Under the pieces are notes generated by a model, which was not told the DNA's origin, ran no database searches, and saw nothing but the letters and a program-made list of their open reading frames with translations. The position numbers and the translations under genes are program-made. From the NCBI GenBank assembly GCA_965113315.1, contig OZ220363.1: a DNA stretch of 64,000 bases; one strand, written 5' to 3'. This document shows positions 24,923 through 38,919 of this stretch, piece by piece. This DNA comes from Podarcis vaucheri (Eukaryota). The first letter of the stretch is position 1. Each line of letters opens with the position of its first letter.

Positions 24923-26286
24923 ACATAAACATATCTTACAGTTACCACTAGCAGTACCTTTGTGCACACATGGGAAGCCTGAATTCTCCTTTTCACAAAG
25001 CCTCATCATTTGGTGAAATGAATGATAGATTAGAAGCATCTCAAACTACGGAAAATCCAACATTCATTTCTTTAATTAGAAGCCAAATCATCTCTGGATT
25101 GTAAGCAGGTCTACTGGTCACCAATTTAGCTTCATTTGTTAAAACTATTAATATTCAAATATGTATTCATGCCACAGCAAGGAATACACACAATAAGCAT
25201 TTAGGACTTGAGTTCATAGATAAGCACCAAACTTCATTGATGAACACTAACAGACTCCACCCTGAAAATTGTTTAATGCATCAGACCTGGAGCAAGTTAA
25301 TGAAACTTTTATCACCTGAAGGAATGAACAGTCTGAGAAGCTGTTGGTCTCCAGTACTCCTGTCCATCTATTTTCCCCACTTATGTGGGCAATAGGCCCA
25401 AGAGAAGGTTGTGGTTTGGGAAATACTGTTCTTTCTCTCCCTCCTTTGAGTCCTGCTAAGCACTGTTGCAGAAAGCGGCTAACATTTATTTTTGTACAAC
25501 CAGGAGCATTTCTTCTAAACAACAGTTTTCTTACAGTCTGCAAGTATATGAGAAATCATGATCTGCCTTCACACTAGGTTTGAGTAGGTTGTCAGAATAG
25601 TGCTGCCAACTGACCCACTGTGGCCTTCCTAGGGGAACTGAGCAGCTGCTTGGCTCTGGTGGGAGCCATTTAATGATTTCCCACAATGCAATGCCCTTGA
25701 GCAACTGATGGAGTGCTGCTACACTGTACACATGCATCACTACTTTTCAATACTTGTTATCAAATTAACCATATAATCATCTCCCACATGGAACCAGTGT
25801 TTCACACACAATTTTATTGTCATACTTCTGTACCACTTTTCATCACACTGTGAGCAAAAGTGGTTCCAACATCACTTCAGATTTGTAAAACAGTTAAAAG
25901 TGCAACAATAATTTCAGAACAGAAACAAGAAGGAGCTCCAAAGTAAAAACAGTTCAAAAACCCAGAGCAACTTGCATCAATACGCAGGACCCCGATTATT
26001 CAGGGCTTTATACCAACACCATGAATATAGCCCGGTAACATGCATGTAGGTTAGGTCCCTCATCCATAATCGAATCATGGGATCATGGGACATTCATGAG
26101 GGCAAAGTGACATGGCTACCTAGGGGGATAGGGACAGATAGAGAATGGTCCAACAGAGGGGATAGCTTTGAAATACCGTATGTGCCACGTCTTCTCGATT
26201 CTTGAATGCCATATCTTGTTTGGTTTATTGAATTTAATTTATTAATAAAATATTATGTTTATATCACTCACCCATGATATATCAAA

Positions 26287-26322
<36 letters not shown>

Positions 26323-26329
26323 CACACAT

Positions 26330-27130
26330 ACATTTTTCCTTAAAAGAATACAAAACAATCACGTCTGGTTCATCTTGGGGGGAAAACAACAACTACTGAA
26401 TAGGTCTGTCAATATCAAAAGTCTTCCAAAGATATTAGCACCAAAGATGCCTGCCAAATCTTCTGGAAGGGAATTCCACCACATTGGCCTAACAACACTA
26501 AGTGCTCAACTTCAAACTGAAGACAGCTGAGCTTCTAAGATGCAGGAGACAACTAGGAGCACTCATTTGGATGATCTGAATAATTGAGCTGGGATATATA
26601 CACTCAGGCAGTCCTTAAGATATTTAGCACTGTTGTTCCAGGCACTGTATATATAAGAAACGTGAACCTGGCTCAGTAGCATATGTGCATATGTTTTAGC
26701 AGAGGTATCACATGCTGCTGGCCATCTGTACCCATCTAGCCATTGCATTCATCGCTAGCTGAATCTTCCAGACCAGGCCCAAGGGCAGCTGCACGTACAG
26801 CACACTGCAGTAATCTAGTCTTAAAGTTACCGATGTGTTAATAACAGCAGCCAGACTATTCTCATTCAGATACAACATAGCTAGTGTACCAAACAAAGGT
26901 GGTAAAAGGCATTCTACAGAATGGGCTTGAAATGACAAAGATGTATCCAGGTGTACCTCCATGCTATGCACCTGCTCATTCAAGGTGAGAACAACTCTGT
27001 CCAGAAGTGGCAACTGGCCTATCTTCTAGATATGGAAACAACCTACCCACAGAGTCTCCATCTTCCCAATGTTCAAACCCAATTTACTGGCCATCATCCA
27101 GTCCACCACTGCATTCAGAGCCAATGAGAG
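26330..27130 (-). mobile_element. Degraded L2 LINE (C-terminal ORF2 + 3' end)
   Basis: Translations VVDWMMASKLGLN and TLRLDYCSVLYVQLPLGLVWKIQL match the L2 motifs WMxxNKLKLN and SRLDYCNALY. Confidence 0.85.
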
Positions 27131-29166
27131 AGGGAGACAACTACCTCTAGTTCTGTCCCCATCCTCTCTGCTGAGTTCTACAAGGACAACACCAAGGAGG
27201 AGGAAGCTGACAGGAAGTCCATCCTCTGGACTGGATGTAAGAAAGAAGGCAGGCAGGTTGAAGGGTGGGGCAGAATGAGTTTGGTGGGGCAGTGCAATAT
27301 TTGCCCTTATAGACCAGCCTTCACTGCACTGGGGCAAAAACAGTGCCCTGCTGAACCTCATAGCACAAGTGTCGTATGGCCAAAGAGGACTCTCCCAATA
27401 CTACTCTGTTGATTCAACCATACAGCTAGGAACAAAATCATTGTAATACAGTGTGTCTAGCACCCATCCTGAATGGTCAGTCCAGTGACTAGAAAAGTAA
27501 GAATAGAAGGGTTGTACTCCCCCATCCCACTTTCAATTTTAAAGACCATTCATTAGGATGACCAGGACTGCTTCAGTCCTGAAATCAGGCCTTATCCCAT
27601 GTTAAAATTGCTAAGAAACTATCAGGATGTCCTGGTCTTCCCTTCTTCCATATTTGTATGAGCCCAGCTATGATGGTATGAGCTCCTAAAGCATGTACTG
27701 TATGTGGTAGCTGCGGGCAAATATTAACCGGTCTAAAATATTTATCACCCCCACCACATATATTACAGGTGCATGACAGGGATGTATGAGGATTTTTAGA
27801 ATAGTTGTAATATTTTTATTTATTTTTAATATTAGGTTTATATGCTGCCCTTCACCCGCAGATCTCAGGGCAGTTAACAAAATAATAAAAGGTTGTTTTT
27901 GAAATTGTTAAAATACCATTGAGTTGCATCTTACACGCATGTAACTTGCGCAACTGCAGTTTTTCCTGCTTGGTGGCTGGTCAGCTGACATCGCACAAAT
28001 TACCGTAAATGCATGCATTGCAGACAGCTTAAAAGCTCTTTCCGTGGCAGGATAACCCAGTGCAGAAAGAGGTTTTAAGCTCTCAGGCTTGCTTACTGGG
28101 CTCCAGAAGGCTCTTGTGAAATCTCGGATGGCCCCATGAGATATTGTAGGTGGTAAGGCCCATTTGGCATGCTGGCTTCACAAAGGTAAGGGTGCTCATG
28201 TGGAGGAAGTTCCAGGGTTGTTTTGACTATACATGGTTTTGGATTTACACACAATCCCCAGAACACAACCCCAACCAAAGCTGCAAGTTGATTGTATTTA
28301 GTTTACTTTATATTAAGTGTAATTTTAATTAAAAAGTGTAATTTTAATGTTCTATCCAGTTTATGCACATAGGTACTCTTCCATCCTTATTAGAAGCCAT
28401 ACTTCTTTATTTCTCTTTGAGTTGCAACATACAAATAAGAACTGGATAAAATATATAATAAATTATCAAGTGTAGCATTTTTGTTACTTTTACCTAAATT
28501 CTGGCTTGCTGTCATATGTGTGTGTGTGTGACTAATCTATTAAAATCACATTATGCCTGATAAGAAAGCAGTAAGCCACTCTGATTGCTGAGTGACAGAC
28601 TTAAGAACAGTCTCAACACATTCTTTATGGCATTCAGCCAATCTCTCTAGGAACACAATGACCCCAACTTTATTCATAAATCTTAGTTTGAAAAATACTC
28701 TATTCCCTAAAGCAATTCTCAGCACTCCTTTAAAAGCTTTGGTGGGGCGGGGAGAGATCAGATTAGAGTTAAACAGGTTATGCAGATGTTATGAGAATGT
28801 AACTTCTAAAAATAACTTCATAGATCAATTTAAGTAAACTTCAAATAGAAATCTCACCTTCTGCACAGCACACCACTTGTGTGTTATATAATTCTGCTCT
28901 CAAATTATCAGATTGATATAGTAACTGTGAAAGAAAGCCTTAGACACAAAAGGACGCTTGTGCTTTAAATTGATTTCTGTCTTGAAAGTTTTATGCCAAT
29001 ACATTATGTACAGTATCTGATGGAGCTATTATGCTTGACATTGTTTTTTTAGAATGCCTCCAGGTGGACAAGAAGAGAATAAATCCTTTTAATATATATG
29101 CTCACCAAATGCATTCATAAAAGCTATATTGGGGAGGAAGATTTTGGTATTATCTCCTAACTCTTA

Positions 29167-29532
29167 GGGACGCGGGTGGCGCTGCGGGCTAAAGCCTCAG
29201 CGCCTAGGGCTTGCCGATCGAAACGTCGGCGGTTCGAATCCCCGCGGCGGGGTGCGCTCCCGCTGCTCGGTCCCAGCGCCTGCCCACCTAGCAGTTCGAA
29301 AGCACCCCCGGGGGCAAGTAGATAAATAGGTACCGCTTACCAGCGGGAAGGTAAACGGCGTTTCCGTGTGCGGCTCTGGCTCGCCAGAGCAGCGATGTCA
29401 CGCTGGCCACGTGACCCGGAAGTGTCTCCGGACAGCGCTGGCCCCCGGCCTCTTGAGTGAGATGGGCGCACAAACCCCAGAGTCTGTCAAGACTGGCCCG
29501 TTCGGGCAGGGGTACCTTTACCTTTACCTTTA
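29167..29532 (+). mobile_element. Sauria SINE, very young CpG-rich subfamily
   Basis: GGGACGCGGGTGGCGCTG head, (ACCTTT)n tail, 11-bp TSD CCTAACTCTTA (29156-29166, 29533-29543). Confidence 0.95.
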
Positions 29533-30529
29533 CCTAACTCTTATTGCAATTTTCTATAGGAAAAAATAAAGTACAACTTAGACATATTTGATGAAAGAAC
29601 ATACAAAATAAAAATAAATAAATACCAGGTACATTGGGCTGGATCCAAACCTAGACCCAATCCATGCAGTGTGTCTCCTCTTATTCTGTAGTTGCCACAT
29701 TATCTGAGACCAAGGCATGGTTTGGCTTAGTGTTATGTTTGAACCAACCAGTTTCATCCGACCACAAACCATTATTGACAAAAAGCAATAAGGATTGTGT
29801 CACATTTTTGTCTGATGTGCATAAAAAACAAGTTGCAGAACTTTGAAATGTCAATGAAAGAATGAAACTTCAAATATATAAATCTGAGGCCCCCTTTGCG
29901 TTTAAGGACCTGGGACTAATAGCCCTCCTGAACACTCCTCTCCCATACGGCCCGCCTATCTATATCCCATACTCCTTCCACTGCCATGAAGCTGACCCTC
30001 ACTGACACACAGCTACTGAAAGCCAAACATAATCACAGAAATAGCACTTAGGTAATGCCTAAGAGAAAGTGCCATAAACTAACAGCTGTGACATATAATC
30101 AATGGCGCTCCTGGTAAAACAATATTCAGAATAACCTTGCTTATTTAAAACAACATCCAATATGTACACAGAATGTTCTAACCAAGCCATTTAAAAAATG
30201 ATCACAGGTATCCAAAGAAGGTGGGTGAATTCTTATGTACTTCAAAGAGAGTTTCATGCTTTTACTTCAAATGATTAGTCTTGAAAGCAATGTAACTGCA
30301 ATATATATTAATCCACTAGAGTACACATTGAACACATTGCTTCCAAGCACCACTGACTAAGTGTCTCAACAGAATTGCTTCCATGTTATAACAGTAAACC
30401 GCTCTGTATATTTAAAGGGAATGAAAGTTACTCCTTTGCTGAAATAACATTTGCAATAGGAAACAGAACTATACGGGACTAAACAAATATCCAAACTGGT
30501 TTGTTGGTACAGATCAGTGCAGGTGAATA

Positions 30530-30771
30530 CAGTGGTACCCCGGATTACATATGCTTCAGGTTACATACGCTTCAGGTTACAGATTCTGCTAACCCAGAAA
30601 TATTACCTCAGGTTAAGAACTTTGCTTCAGGATGAGAACAGAAATAGTGTTCCGGCGGCGCAGCGGCAGGAGGACGCCCCATTAGCTAAAGTGGTGCTTC
30701 AGGTTAAGTACAGTTTCAGGTTTAGAACAGACCTCCGGAACGAATTAAGTACTTAACCCGAGGTACCACTG
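30530..30771. mobile_element. Tigger-like MITE
   Basis: CAGTGGTACC TIRs and TA TSD; reverse orientation to 11951-12169. Confidence 0.9.
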
Positions 30772-31520
30772 TACTTGCAAAACATTCACTTGTTGAAGCA
30801 CTTTGAGATGCATTTGTTCACAATCAGAGTCCAAAACAGAGACATTCTTAAGCTTTGCAGGGATAGAGCAAGGGTTCACATCTTGAACAAAGGACTTGTT
30901 CTGTTTGTAATTCTCATATGGGTATTGAGATATTTGCATTTTCCACAACAGATTCTCTCCCCGCAACTAGCATGTGTCAAATTTGAGTGAATGTATACTT
31001 AAAGAAATACAGTAGCTCAAAGGCTATCCAATATTGAGCTAAAGTAACTACTAACACATACCAAAATTGTTAACAGATGTTGCAAGCATTTACTATCTCC
31101 CTCAGTTTGACATACAGGGAACGCCGTGTTTGCACTCTGGTTGCGCTCTGGGTCAGTTTGTGAGTCAGTGGCCATGCATAAGCCTGTTCCACTCCTGCTC
31201 TGCCCCCTTCCAGAGCCAAAAGCAGCGCACATGTTGGCATGCACAAAATGGTTGCCACCTGTATGTTTGCCAGTAGGAACTCTGAAAATATTGCTGCTCT
31301 GCCACCTAAATCTAGAAAATTGATGGACACCCACCAACCTTTGAAAAGGAAGGTAGGTACGGCTGCTATAGCTACTTGGCCAGATATGCTTCAGGGTTGA
31401 ATAGAAGGCTCCCCACAATGCTTGGTGTTCATTTAAGAAAGCACTAAGGGAAAACTGTTTTCAATTAATAGAGTCCTTTCTACAGATCAGTTACATTTGA
31501 TGCAAGACACTATTGTTATA

Positions 31521-32183
31521 GGCAGTATGAGGTATGCGGAGAAGAGCGGTGGGAAATGATAGTGGAGAAGAAAAAAGGGTGATAGTAAACTGTCATTCTT
31601 TTACATAATGTGCAAGGTTTTTATGTCAGCATCATGTGGCTGGGTTCTTCATTTGTTTGTTTTCATCGGCAGTGAAAGAGATTGGGGAGCCCAGGGCATG
31701 GTTGGTTGCATTTGGTTGAGTGCAGTGAGTTTTGTTTGTGTGTGAGAGGAAATTATTTGGGGGGGGGGGTTGTTGTTGGGTCAAATTAGCCATATTGATT
31801 TGTATGCTGTTGGGGTGGGGGTTATGTTGTCTTGTTGAACTGTGTATGTAATAAAGGGGAGCCACATTGGGGTGAAGGCATCCTCTTTTGTTTGTCCCCG
31901 TGCTAATTTCAGTTTGTTGGTTAGCTTTCCTAGATGGGCTGTTTCCCATGCAGTTTGGTACCATGTTCACTCCTGACAGGTCCCTCCAGTGTCTAGTTAT
32001 GACACTCCTAGCTGCTGAGAGTAGGTGTCTCATTTGTGCTTTGTTAAAAAAGTGTGCGCTGTTGTCTTGGAAAATATTTAATAGGGCCAGTTCTGGAGTT
32101 GCTTTTCATATCTGTTTCGTTATTTTGCAGATTTCTTGTGGGACTGATGTCCAAAAGTGTTTGATTTGGGGGATGCTGGTGTG
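31521..32183 (-). mobile_element. L1-clade LINE fragment (ORF2 C-terminus + part of 3'UTR), frameshifted
   Basis: Translation HLLSAARSVITRHWRDL resembles vertebrate L1 ORF2 C-termini; possible TTGTTATA flanking duplication; no poly(A). Confidence 0.75.
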
Positions 32184-33585
32184 TTGTTATAAAATTCAAT
32201 GAGAGACAGTCTATTCCCCTCCACCCCCGTTGTATAATAATTCTTTGTCATACTGTGTCTATGTAAAGAAAGGCACTTTTCTCAGTGTGATCCTTAATGC
32301 TGTGTTAATGATCAAAATGGTTGACTCTGTCCTATAAGGACACTGACAATTACTGTCATCATACCTTGTGTGCAGCAGTTCAAGTTGTTTAAAACTTTGA
32401 TAATGACTACTTTACTGCATTTAAATGAAGGTCATTTATCCTTCCATTCCTTACTTATATAGTGCCTCTCCAAGCAACTTGCCTCAAGGCCCTTTTCAAA
32501 GAACGCTAATCAGTACACAAAATTATATTGGAGAAAACAACCTTGTCACAAATGCCATAGTACTAATACATAGTAAAAGCTAAATAAAAAAATAGTAGCT
32601 TTCCTCTCTATATTTAAAAATGTCAAACATTTCAAGTAGATAGGAATGCAGGAGATGAGAAGAGATTTCACAGTACGTATTAGGAGAAAAACTGTTAGGC
32701 GATCAGAACATTCACATGGCCAATAAAAGAAAATTGGAGACATTTGAAAAAGCACAACATTTGATGGGCAAAGCAGTGCCAAAAAATGTCATAATTGCAA
32801 ACTGTTTCTGGACTTTACATCCTATCAGCCTGACCAGCCAACTGGGAAGTCTAGCCATATGATAATAAAAAACATCTGTGACTATTTTAAGGTTTGATTG
32901 TGACAGCAATGCCATCAACGTGACAGCATTACTTACTGAAAACTGGAACCACTTCATTCAGCTTGCCAGTCCAAAAGGGTAAGAAGCATTTCTTACCACG
33001 AATAAGGGTAATGCCTTATCAGTACACACATACAACCATCCCAGACTAGCTCAGACAAATGAATTTACTTCCACTACCAGTCTGTGAAGACTTCACAAAA
33101 GATGCCTGATAATGTCACTCCTATTGTGTGAGGGTTTGCTGGCTACTTACCAGTAGCCATGCTATTGGCTGCAAATGAAATAAATGTCCCTGCTCCTACA
33201 AAAGGGGAGGGGGAAGCAATCAGGTGCTATCTCCTGGTGGTTTAGAGGAACATAGATAGTACATGATAAATAGGTTTGAAAACAGCTTTCTCCCACAAAT
33301 CAGACTCTTACGGCAGTGCCAAAAGTACATTCTTACAATGTTTTGATTACAAATTCCTTAATCTGATAGAGGCAACAGCTCCACCTTTCTTCTATCTTAA
33401 TGATTATTGGATCTCCCAGAGAAGCAAAACACCATCAAGCACTGAATTATCTGAAGATGATATCAAAAGTGAGGATTAAGAGGGTGCAGAAGATCTTCCT
33501 TGAGATCAGAGGGTTGAATCTGGTGAGCGTGTGAGTTCTTTGCAGGGCAATGATGGCTCATTCCTGTTTATTAACCATATGATTA

Positions 33586-33635
<50 letters not shown>
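33586..33635. repeat. (ATT)n microsatellite
   Basis: Directly visible. Confidence 0.95.
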
Positions 33636-33636
<1 letters not shown>

Positions 33637-33659
33637 GTGTAGCTAATTTAGTTTAATCA

Positions 33660-33830
33660 TTTGGAGAATGGAGCTGTGAGTACAGAAATCCTTGTCTGAA
33701 TTAAGCACTCAGGGTGAAGTTTAAGATGTTAGCCTCAGTTTCTATTTGCAATATGGCATTTATAATACTGGACTCCCTTACAGTGTTGTTGTGGTTGCAG
33801 AGACCGTTTATGTGAAACCCACATTAATCA
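33660..33830 (+). mobile_element. Ancient MIR/CORE-SINE remnant
   Basis: GCCTCAGTTTC...ATAATACT...CAGTGTTGTTGTG resembles the CORE domain. Confidence 0.5.
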
Positions 33831-33949
33831 TTTCCATTGGCCAATTTGTAAAAGCATTCAGTTTACATCTGGAACAGGCAACAAAGTTCAGCTACTTAAC
33901 ATAAGAGAATTAATATGAGCTGCAAGAAACTCTATGATTCCCTGAATTA

Positions 33950-34907
33950 CCGTATTTTTCGCTCTATAACACGCACCTGACCATAACACGCACATCGTTT
34001 TTAGAGGAGAAAAACAAGGGAAAAAATATTCTGAATGAAACAGTGGACGTATCATTTTTGTGCTTCATGCTGTGGCCACAGACATGTGATCTGATGGTGA
34101 ATTTGGGGTGACCCAATGCAAAAATCCTGAGAATCCCTGTGGATCCATGCTTTGTAACCACGTTTTTGCACCATTGCAGCCCCAGGCAACAGTGGGTGCG
34201 TGATTTTTTTGGGGGGGGCAGGCTGTAGCCATGGACATGCTATGTGCTCTGATGGTGAATTTGGGGTGACCCAATGCAAAGATCCTGTGGATCCATGTGG
34301 ATCCATGCTTTGTAACCACATTTTAAGTGGGGAGGGAAGGAAAAACACAGAAGGCTAAGAATGCAGGAGAAGGGCTATAACGTGAGGAAAGGAAGGCAAA
34401 AGTTTCCCCCCACCCACCCACCCACACAAGCCAGCCAGCGTGTGCTCTCTCTCTCTCTCTCTCTCCCTCTTTAAATGGAAGAAAGCATATTTGAATGCTG
34501 TGTGTCTCCAAAAACAAAAAGCAGGAAGTCAAATCAGAATTTTAAGCCGAACCTGTAATCTCTCTTCCCTTCACAAACATTGTTCCCTCCGGAGCAGGGA
34601 GAGGATAGAAGGACGGACGCTCTGCTTTCCCCTCTACTTGCCTGGAGGGGAGGGGCTTCCCCTGCTCTTTGTTCCGTTTGAGCAAACACAGCAACGAAAC
34701 AGAGAGGGCGGGCAGTAAGACCCTGAGGCAGAATGCAGGAAAGCAGCAGCTTCCTGTCTCACGGAGCTCCCTTCTCCCTGAAGCGCGGTTTGATTTTTGC
34801 CTCATTTTTCGGCTCCAGGGACCACACATTCGCTCCATAACACGCACAGACATTTCCCCTTCCTTTTTAGGAGAAAAAATCTGCGTGTTATAGAGCGAAA
34901 AATACGG
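33950..34907. mobile_element. Tc2/pogo-type non-autonomous DNA transposon (~960 bp)
   Basis: Perfect 26-bp TIR CCGTATTTTTCGCTCTATAACACGCA, TA TSD, internal ~80-bp direct duplication (~34090-34165, ~34248-34325). Confidence 0.95.
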
Positions 34908-37371
34908 TACATTTGTCAAGCGAGGTACTTATCATCCCTTAAGTTTGCATTTAATGTGCCTAGATGCAAGCTAGGGGTTAAATTGAGTTAAAAGATTGTG
35001 ATAAAGAGGCATAAAGCTGAGAACTCTATTCATTCAATCATTGTGTATTTATTAATTTAAGATTCTTCCACACTAACAATTTGTATATTGCTTAATCACA
35101 GCCATCTTTAAATGGTGTACGGAAAACACAATGCAGTAAGACTAAGAATGAGTTAAAATTATCTACACACACACATACCCCTACCTTGCAGTTGTGGCTT
35201 TCCTCATGACTAAAGCCATGTGCTGTGTGCATTTCCACACAGAGTTAGTGAGCTGAGGCTATCTTTTGATAACACTAAGTAACATGTGAACTCATTTTTG
35301 CCACTGGTACATAAGATGAAATTACAGAATGTGGGGAACAGGAAATACAAGCATCTTATTCCTAGATGCTTTGAAAACAAGATCTGTACACAACAGCCCA
35401 GATGTCTGCCTGCCATCACCTTTACCCCTGAAGCATAGGAAGTCCAAGAATTACAGGTCAATTTGCCACTTGGGAGGGGAAAACTACCAGCTAACTCCAC
35501 TGTCACCAATGAGCAAATACAGACTGTTCTACCACCACAACCTGCCTCCCAGTTTGCCAACTACGTAACATTTAATATTCTTAGGTTGCCAAAATATATC
35601 AAACTTCAAGTTCCAATTTGAGAAGCTTTATTACTATTAGGTATATGGAGGCATATGGAGTGAGAAAGGAAACAGGAAACATAAAAGGAAAAATAACAAC
35701 ACAGTTTTTTCTTACTCTCTAAACAGCCAGCACTAGACAATCATTTTAAACAGCAATAAACCAATGGAGGGTATTGGCAGGTGGGGAGGATTCTCCCATC
35801 AGGTATGATGATGTCTGTCTGGAACGTGGTGTTTCCAGCATACAGAGAGAGGGAGATAGGCCACTGGCACCTTTCAACTGAAGTAAAAGGTGAGAACTAG
35901 AATTGATTCCTAATCTATGCCTGTTACACAAAAATTAGTAATTCTAGCTTGTGTGCATGGAGAATGTTTGAAATTTGACAGGTAAGTTGCTATGTAATGG
36001 AACCTAGGTTTATTTTTTAAAAAACAGGCATTTCCCCAAAATATTGTTATCACAAGATAACTATGCTGAACTTTCATTGCATAAGCAATCCCTATAAGGA
36101 AGATTAGTTCTTACCCTACAATTTTACATAGTGCACCTAAAAGCAAAACCTAAAATTGCAATAGTAACCAGCCGTACTGTGCATCAGAATGTTAAAACAA
36201 ACGGGAGGTCACCATTCTCCAAATAAAGAAGGGGAAAGCAATGCTAAAACAGAAAGGCAAAGTATAAGAAGGGCAATACAAACAAAAGGGAAAGTCAGAG
36301 ATAGCAAGAATAAGGATAGAGCAGCAAAGGAAAATAAGACTGATATGGCACATCTATTGCATTTTCTGTTTCAATTGTTGGAATCAGAATAACATATCAG
36401 GCAGTAATGCAGCTAAAACTCAATAAAGGTAAAAATGTAGTAGCTTTATTCAGATGCATTTCTTAATCATGGCTTAGCATTACTGTACAAGAGCAAGTCT
36501 TAATGAGCTTCAAGCTTGTGTGCTCCTCTCTCTTCCGCCTGCATGGCTGCAAGCAGACGACCAGAAATTTCCATATCAATTTTAGATGAGCCAGTTTAAC
36601 ATGATGTCTGAACAGGGTTCAGTTTAACCAACTGTGGTTAATTGAAACAAGCCAGCTTCATAAGCTATGGCTTAAAATTGTCCAGGTTTGGATCACAAAG
36701 AGAAAAGTTGGGTGCATGAGCTCAGGGCTTGTCATTGTAGCAGTGGTGTTTATGGTCAAAGGCTCACTATGGCATGTTCTCGATACACTAAACTGTATCA
36801 AGAAGTACTTTTAAAGAAAGTTACTCCAGCCAAAGTTACAGGATTCCACAGCATCAAACCAGGCATGTTGTAGCAAATCATGTGCATTTGCTCCAAGATA
36901 CTTCTTACATCAGTTTGTCTTTGTTCCTGCATGTAGACTCATCTAATGCAGGTGTACTTTTCATACCACCAGTGAACAAGTTTCTTAGGTATGAATTAGT
37001 TCTATATAACTTTCTAGTAGATGGAGAAACAATGTATTGGGTTTTTTTTGACAAGGAATAATGTAGAATTAAGGATACAGCCTTGACTTTAACTGAAAAA
37101 CTATATCCCATCATTCTTTAACTACCTTATCAAATGAACATTCAACATGGCAAAACAGTAGAATTCCCCCACCTTTTAAATCATTCTTATGGGCAGAACT
37201 GAAATTATTCTAACACATTTTGATTACCAAACCAGGGGGTGGTCATTCAGTTTAAGAAGTGGTACAAGGGTGTGATCTGCTGAATGTGGTGCAAGACTAT
37301 AATTAGTTTGATACTGTATACTACCTACCCTGTAATAATCATTCTTAAGCTATGCAAGTAGCAAGGTGCTT

Positions 37372-37497
37372 CATAGATTCAGAGTTGGAAGGGACCCCAA
37401 GGATCATCTGGTCCAACCCCCTGCAATGAAGGAATCTCAACACATGGTTCCCCATCCAATCTGAAACCACATCACACCCTGCTTAGCTTTGCAGATG
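37372..37497 (-). mobile_element. 5S rRNA-like segment joined to a CR1 3' tail (SINE3-like)
   Basis: Minus strand AAGCTAAGCAGGGT-N6-TGGTT-N5-TTGGATGGG has 5S spacing, followed by a CCCTTCCAACTCT...CTATG CR1 tail. Confidence 0.7.
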
Positions 37498-38329
37498 TAC
37501 TAGTAGTTTTATTCTGCACCACTAGTTCATGTTGATGAAAGGGGGAAATTAACAACAACAACAACAAAGCCTAACAACTGTGCAATGGAAGTGGCCGTTC
37601 TTCCAGCTACAGATTCAAGCACCTTTCATGGTTTCCCCATAAGCAGTGGGAAATTTTTTTGCCCAAAGTTTTCTTCACAGTGCACTTGTCACTTCCCATA
37701 TCTTCGGCTAGCCATAATGGGCAAGAGGAAGAGAAAAAGATTAGCAGTGTGCCTGGCAGTAACGCAATTATTCAACCCAGGATTAAAATCATTGGGGCTC
37801 AAGAGTAACTGAGATTGTAGAAGAAGGGGTATGGTATGGCACCTAGACCAATAAGCAAGTGCACTAGGGGATACATTTGATTATTTGCAAACTTATGCAT
37901 ATAAAGTCTGGAAAGCACTGGGAACCCATGTTCTAAATATAAAAGGAATGATCAAATACAAGGTGTTTCATATGCTCTGCCACTGAAGAACAGAATAAGA
38001 AGTTCGAGAAACTATTAATGGCAACACAGTAAAGCCACTGGGGGAAATAAGCAATAAATCAGTTAAGCACAAAACCTGAAAGAACAAAGAGGTGCTCAAG
38101 GCTATCAAGCACCTGATAGAGAGGCTGCTTTCTGCAGATATCAAGCAAAATCAAGCACCAAAACACTGAGTTGGCAAAAAGAAGCATAATTCATTATAGG
38201 CCCTTCTGGGTTTTGTGTTGTGTGTGTGTGTGTGTGCTAGGGAATGGCTGGCCTACAGCCAATCTGGAATTTTGTGAAATTTATTATATTGTATTTCTTG
38301 CATTTATAGCCCACCTTTATCTCCAAAGA

Positions 38330-38397
38330 GCTGAGTGGGGGTTTGAATGCTGGTCTCCTAGGGTTCAGCACTCTAACCACTACACAACACTGGCTGA
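38330..38397 (-). mobile_element. Old Squam3/MIR-like SINE head
   Basis: Reverse complement reads AGCCAGTGTTGTGTAGTGGTTAGAGTG...GCATTCAAACCCC. Confidence 0.6.
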
Positions 38398-38919
38398 TTG
38401 TGTGTATGCACAGGTGTGAGAACAGTCATAGAACAACCATCCTGTTGTATTTTAATTTGCAAATTATAAAGCAACCGGGAAAGCCATCTCTATAGATTAT
38501 TTTCACCCTTTAAATATTAGTCAAATTTCTAAATCTGTCGGAAATAAAATTCACTAGCCACATGACATTGTAAGCCATAGCTAATGGTTTACCGTGCAAG
38601 AGGTCTTAGTGCCCGCTCACATAGGGGAGAAACATCCCATTATCCTTGGTTTAGCATTGCATTTGAATTGGGGATTATAGTTTGTTTAGTTCCAAACAAC
38701 CCATTATGGTAAGCTGTCACATAAATTACTCAAGATACAATCCAATTATGCACACTTACATGACACACAGTGGGCCATACTTCTAGGTAAACATGCACAG
38801 GAATATGCTGTCAGTTGATCAACTAACTGATTCATATTTTGGTCAATAACCTTTATGCAAGTCTCTGTGGAACACCCTCTCTTCAGATGTCAAGGAAATA
38901 AACAACTATCTGACTTTTA

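Noticed and set aside
35726-35802. Plus-strand exon with a good acceptor and a GTATGA donor
   Set aside because: Stops in all three frames; there is no support for it as a coding exon, though a non-coding exon cannot be excluded.
37446-37497. Functional 5S rRNA gene
   Set aside because: Only the internal promoter region matches; the 5' and 3' parts of 5S are absent.
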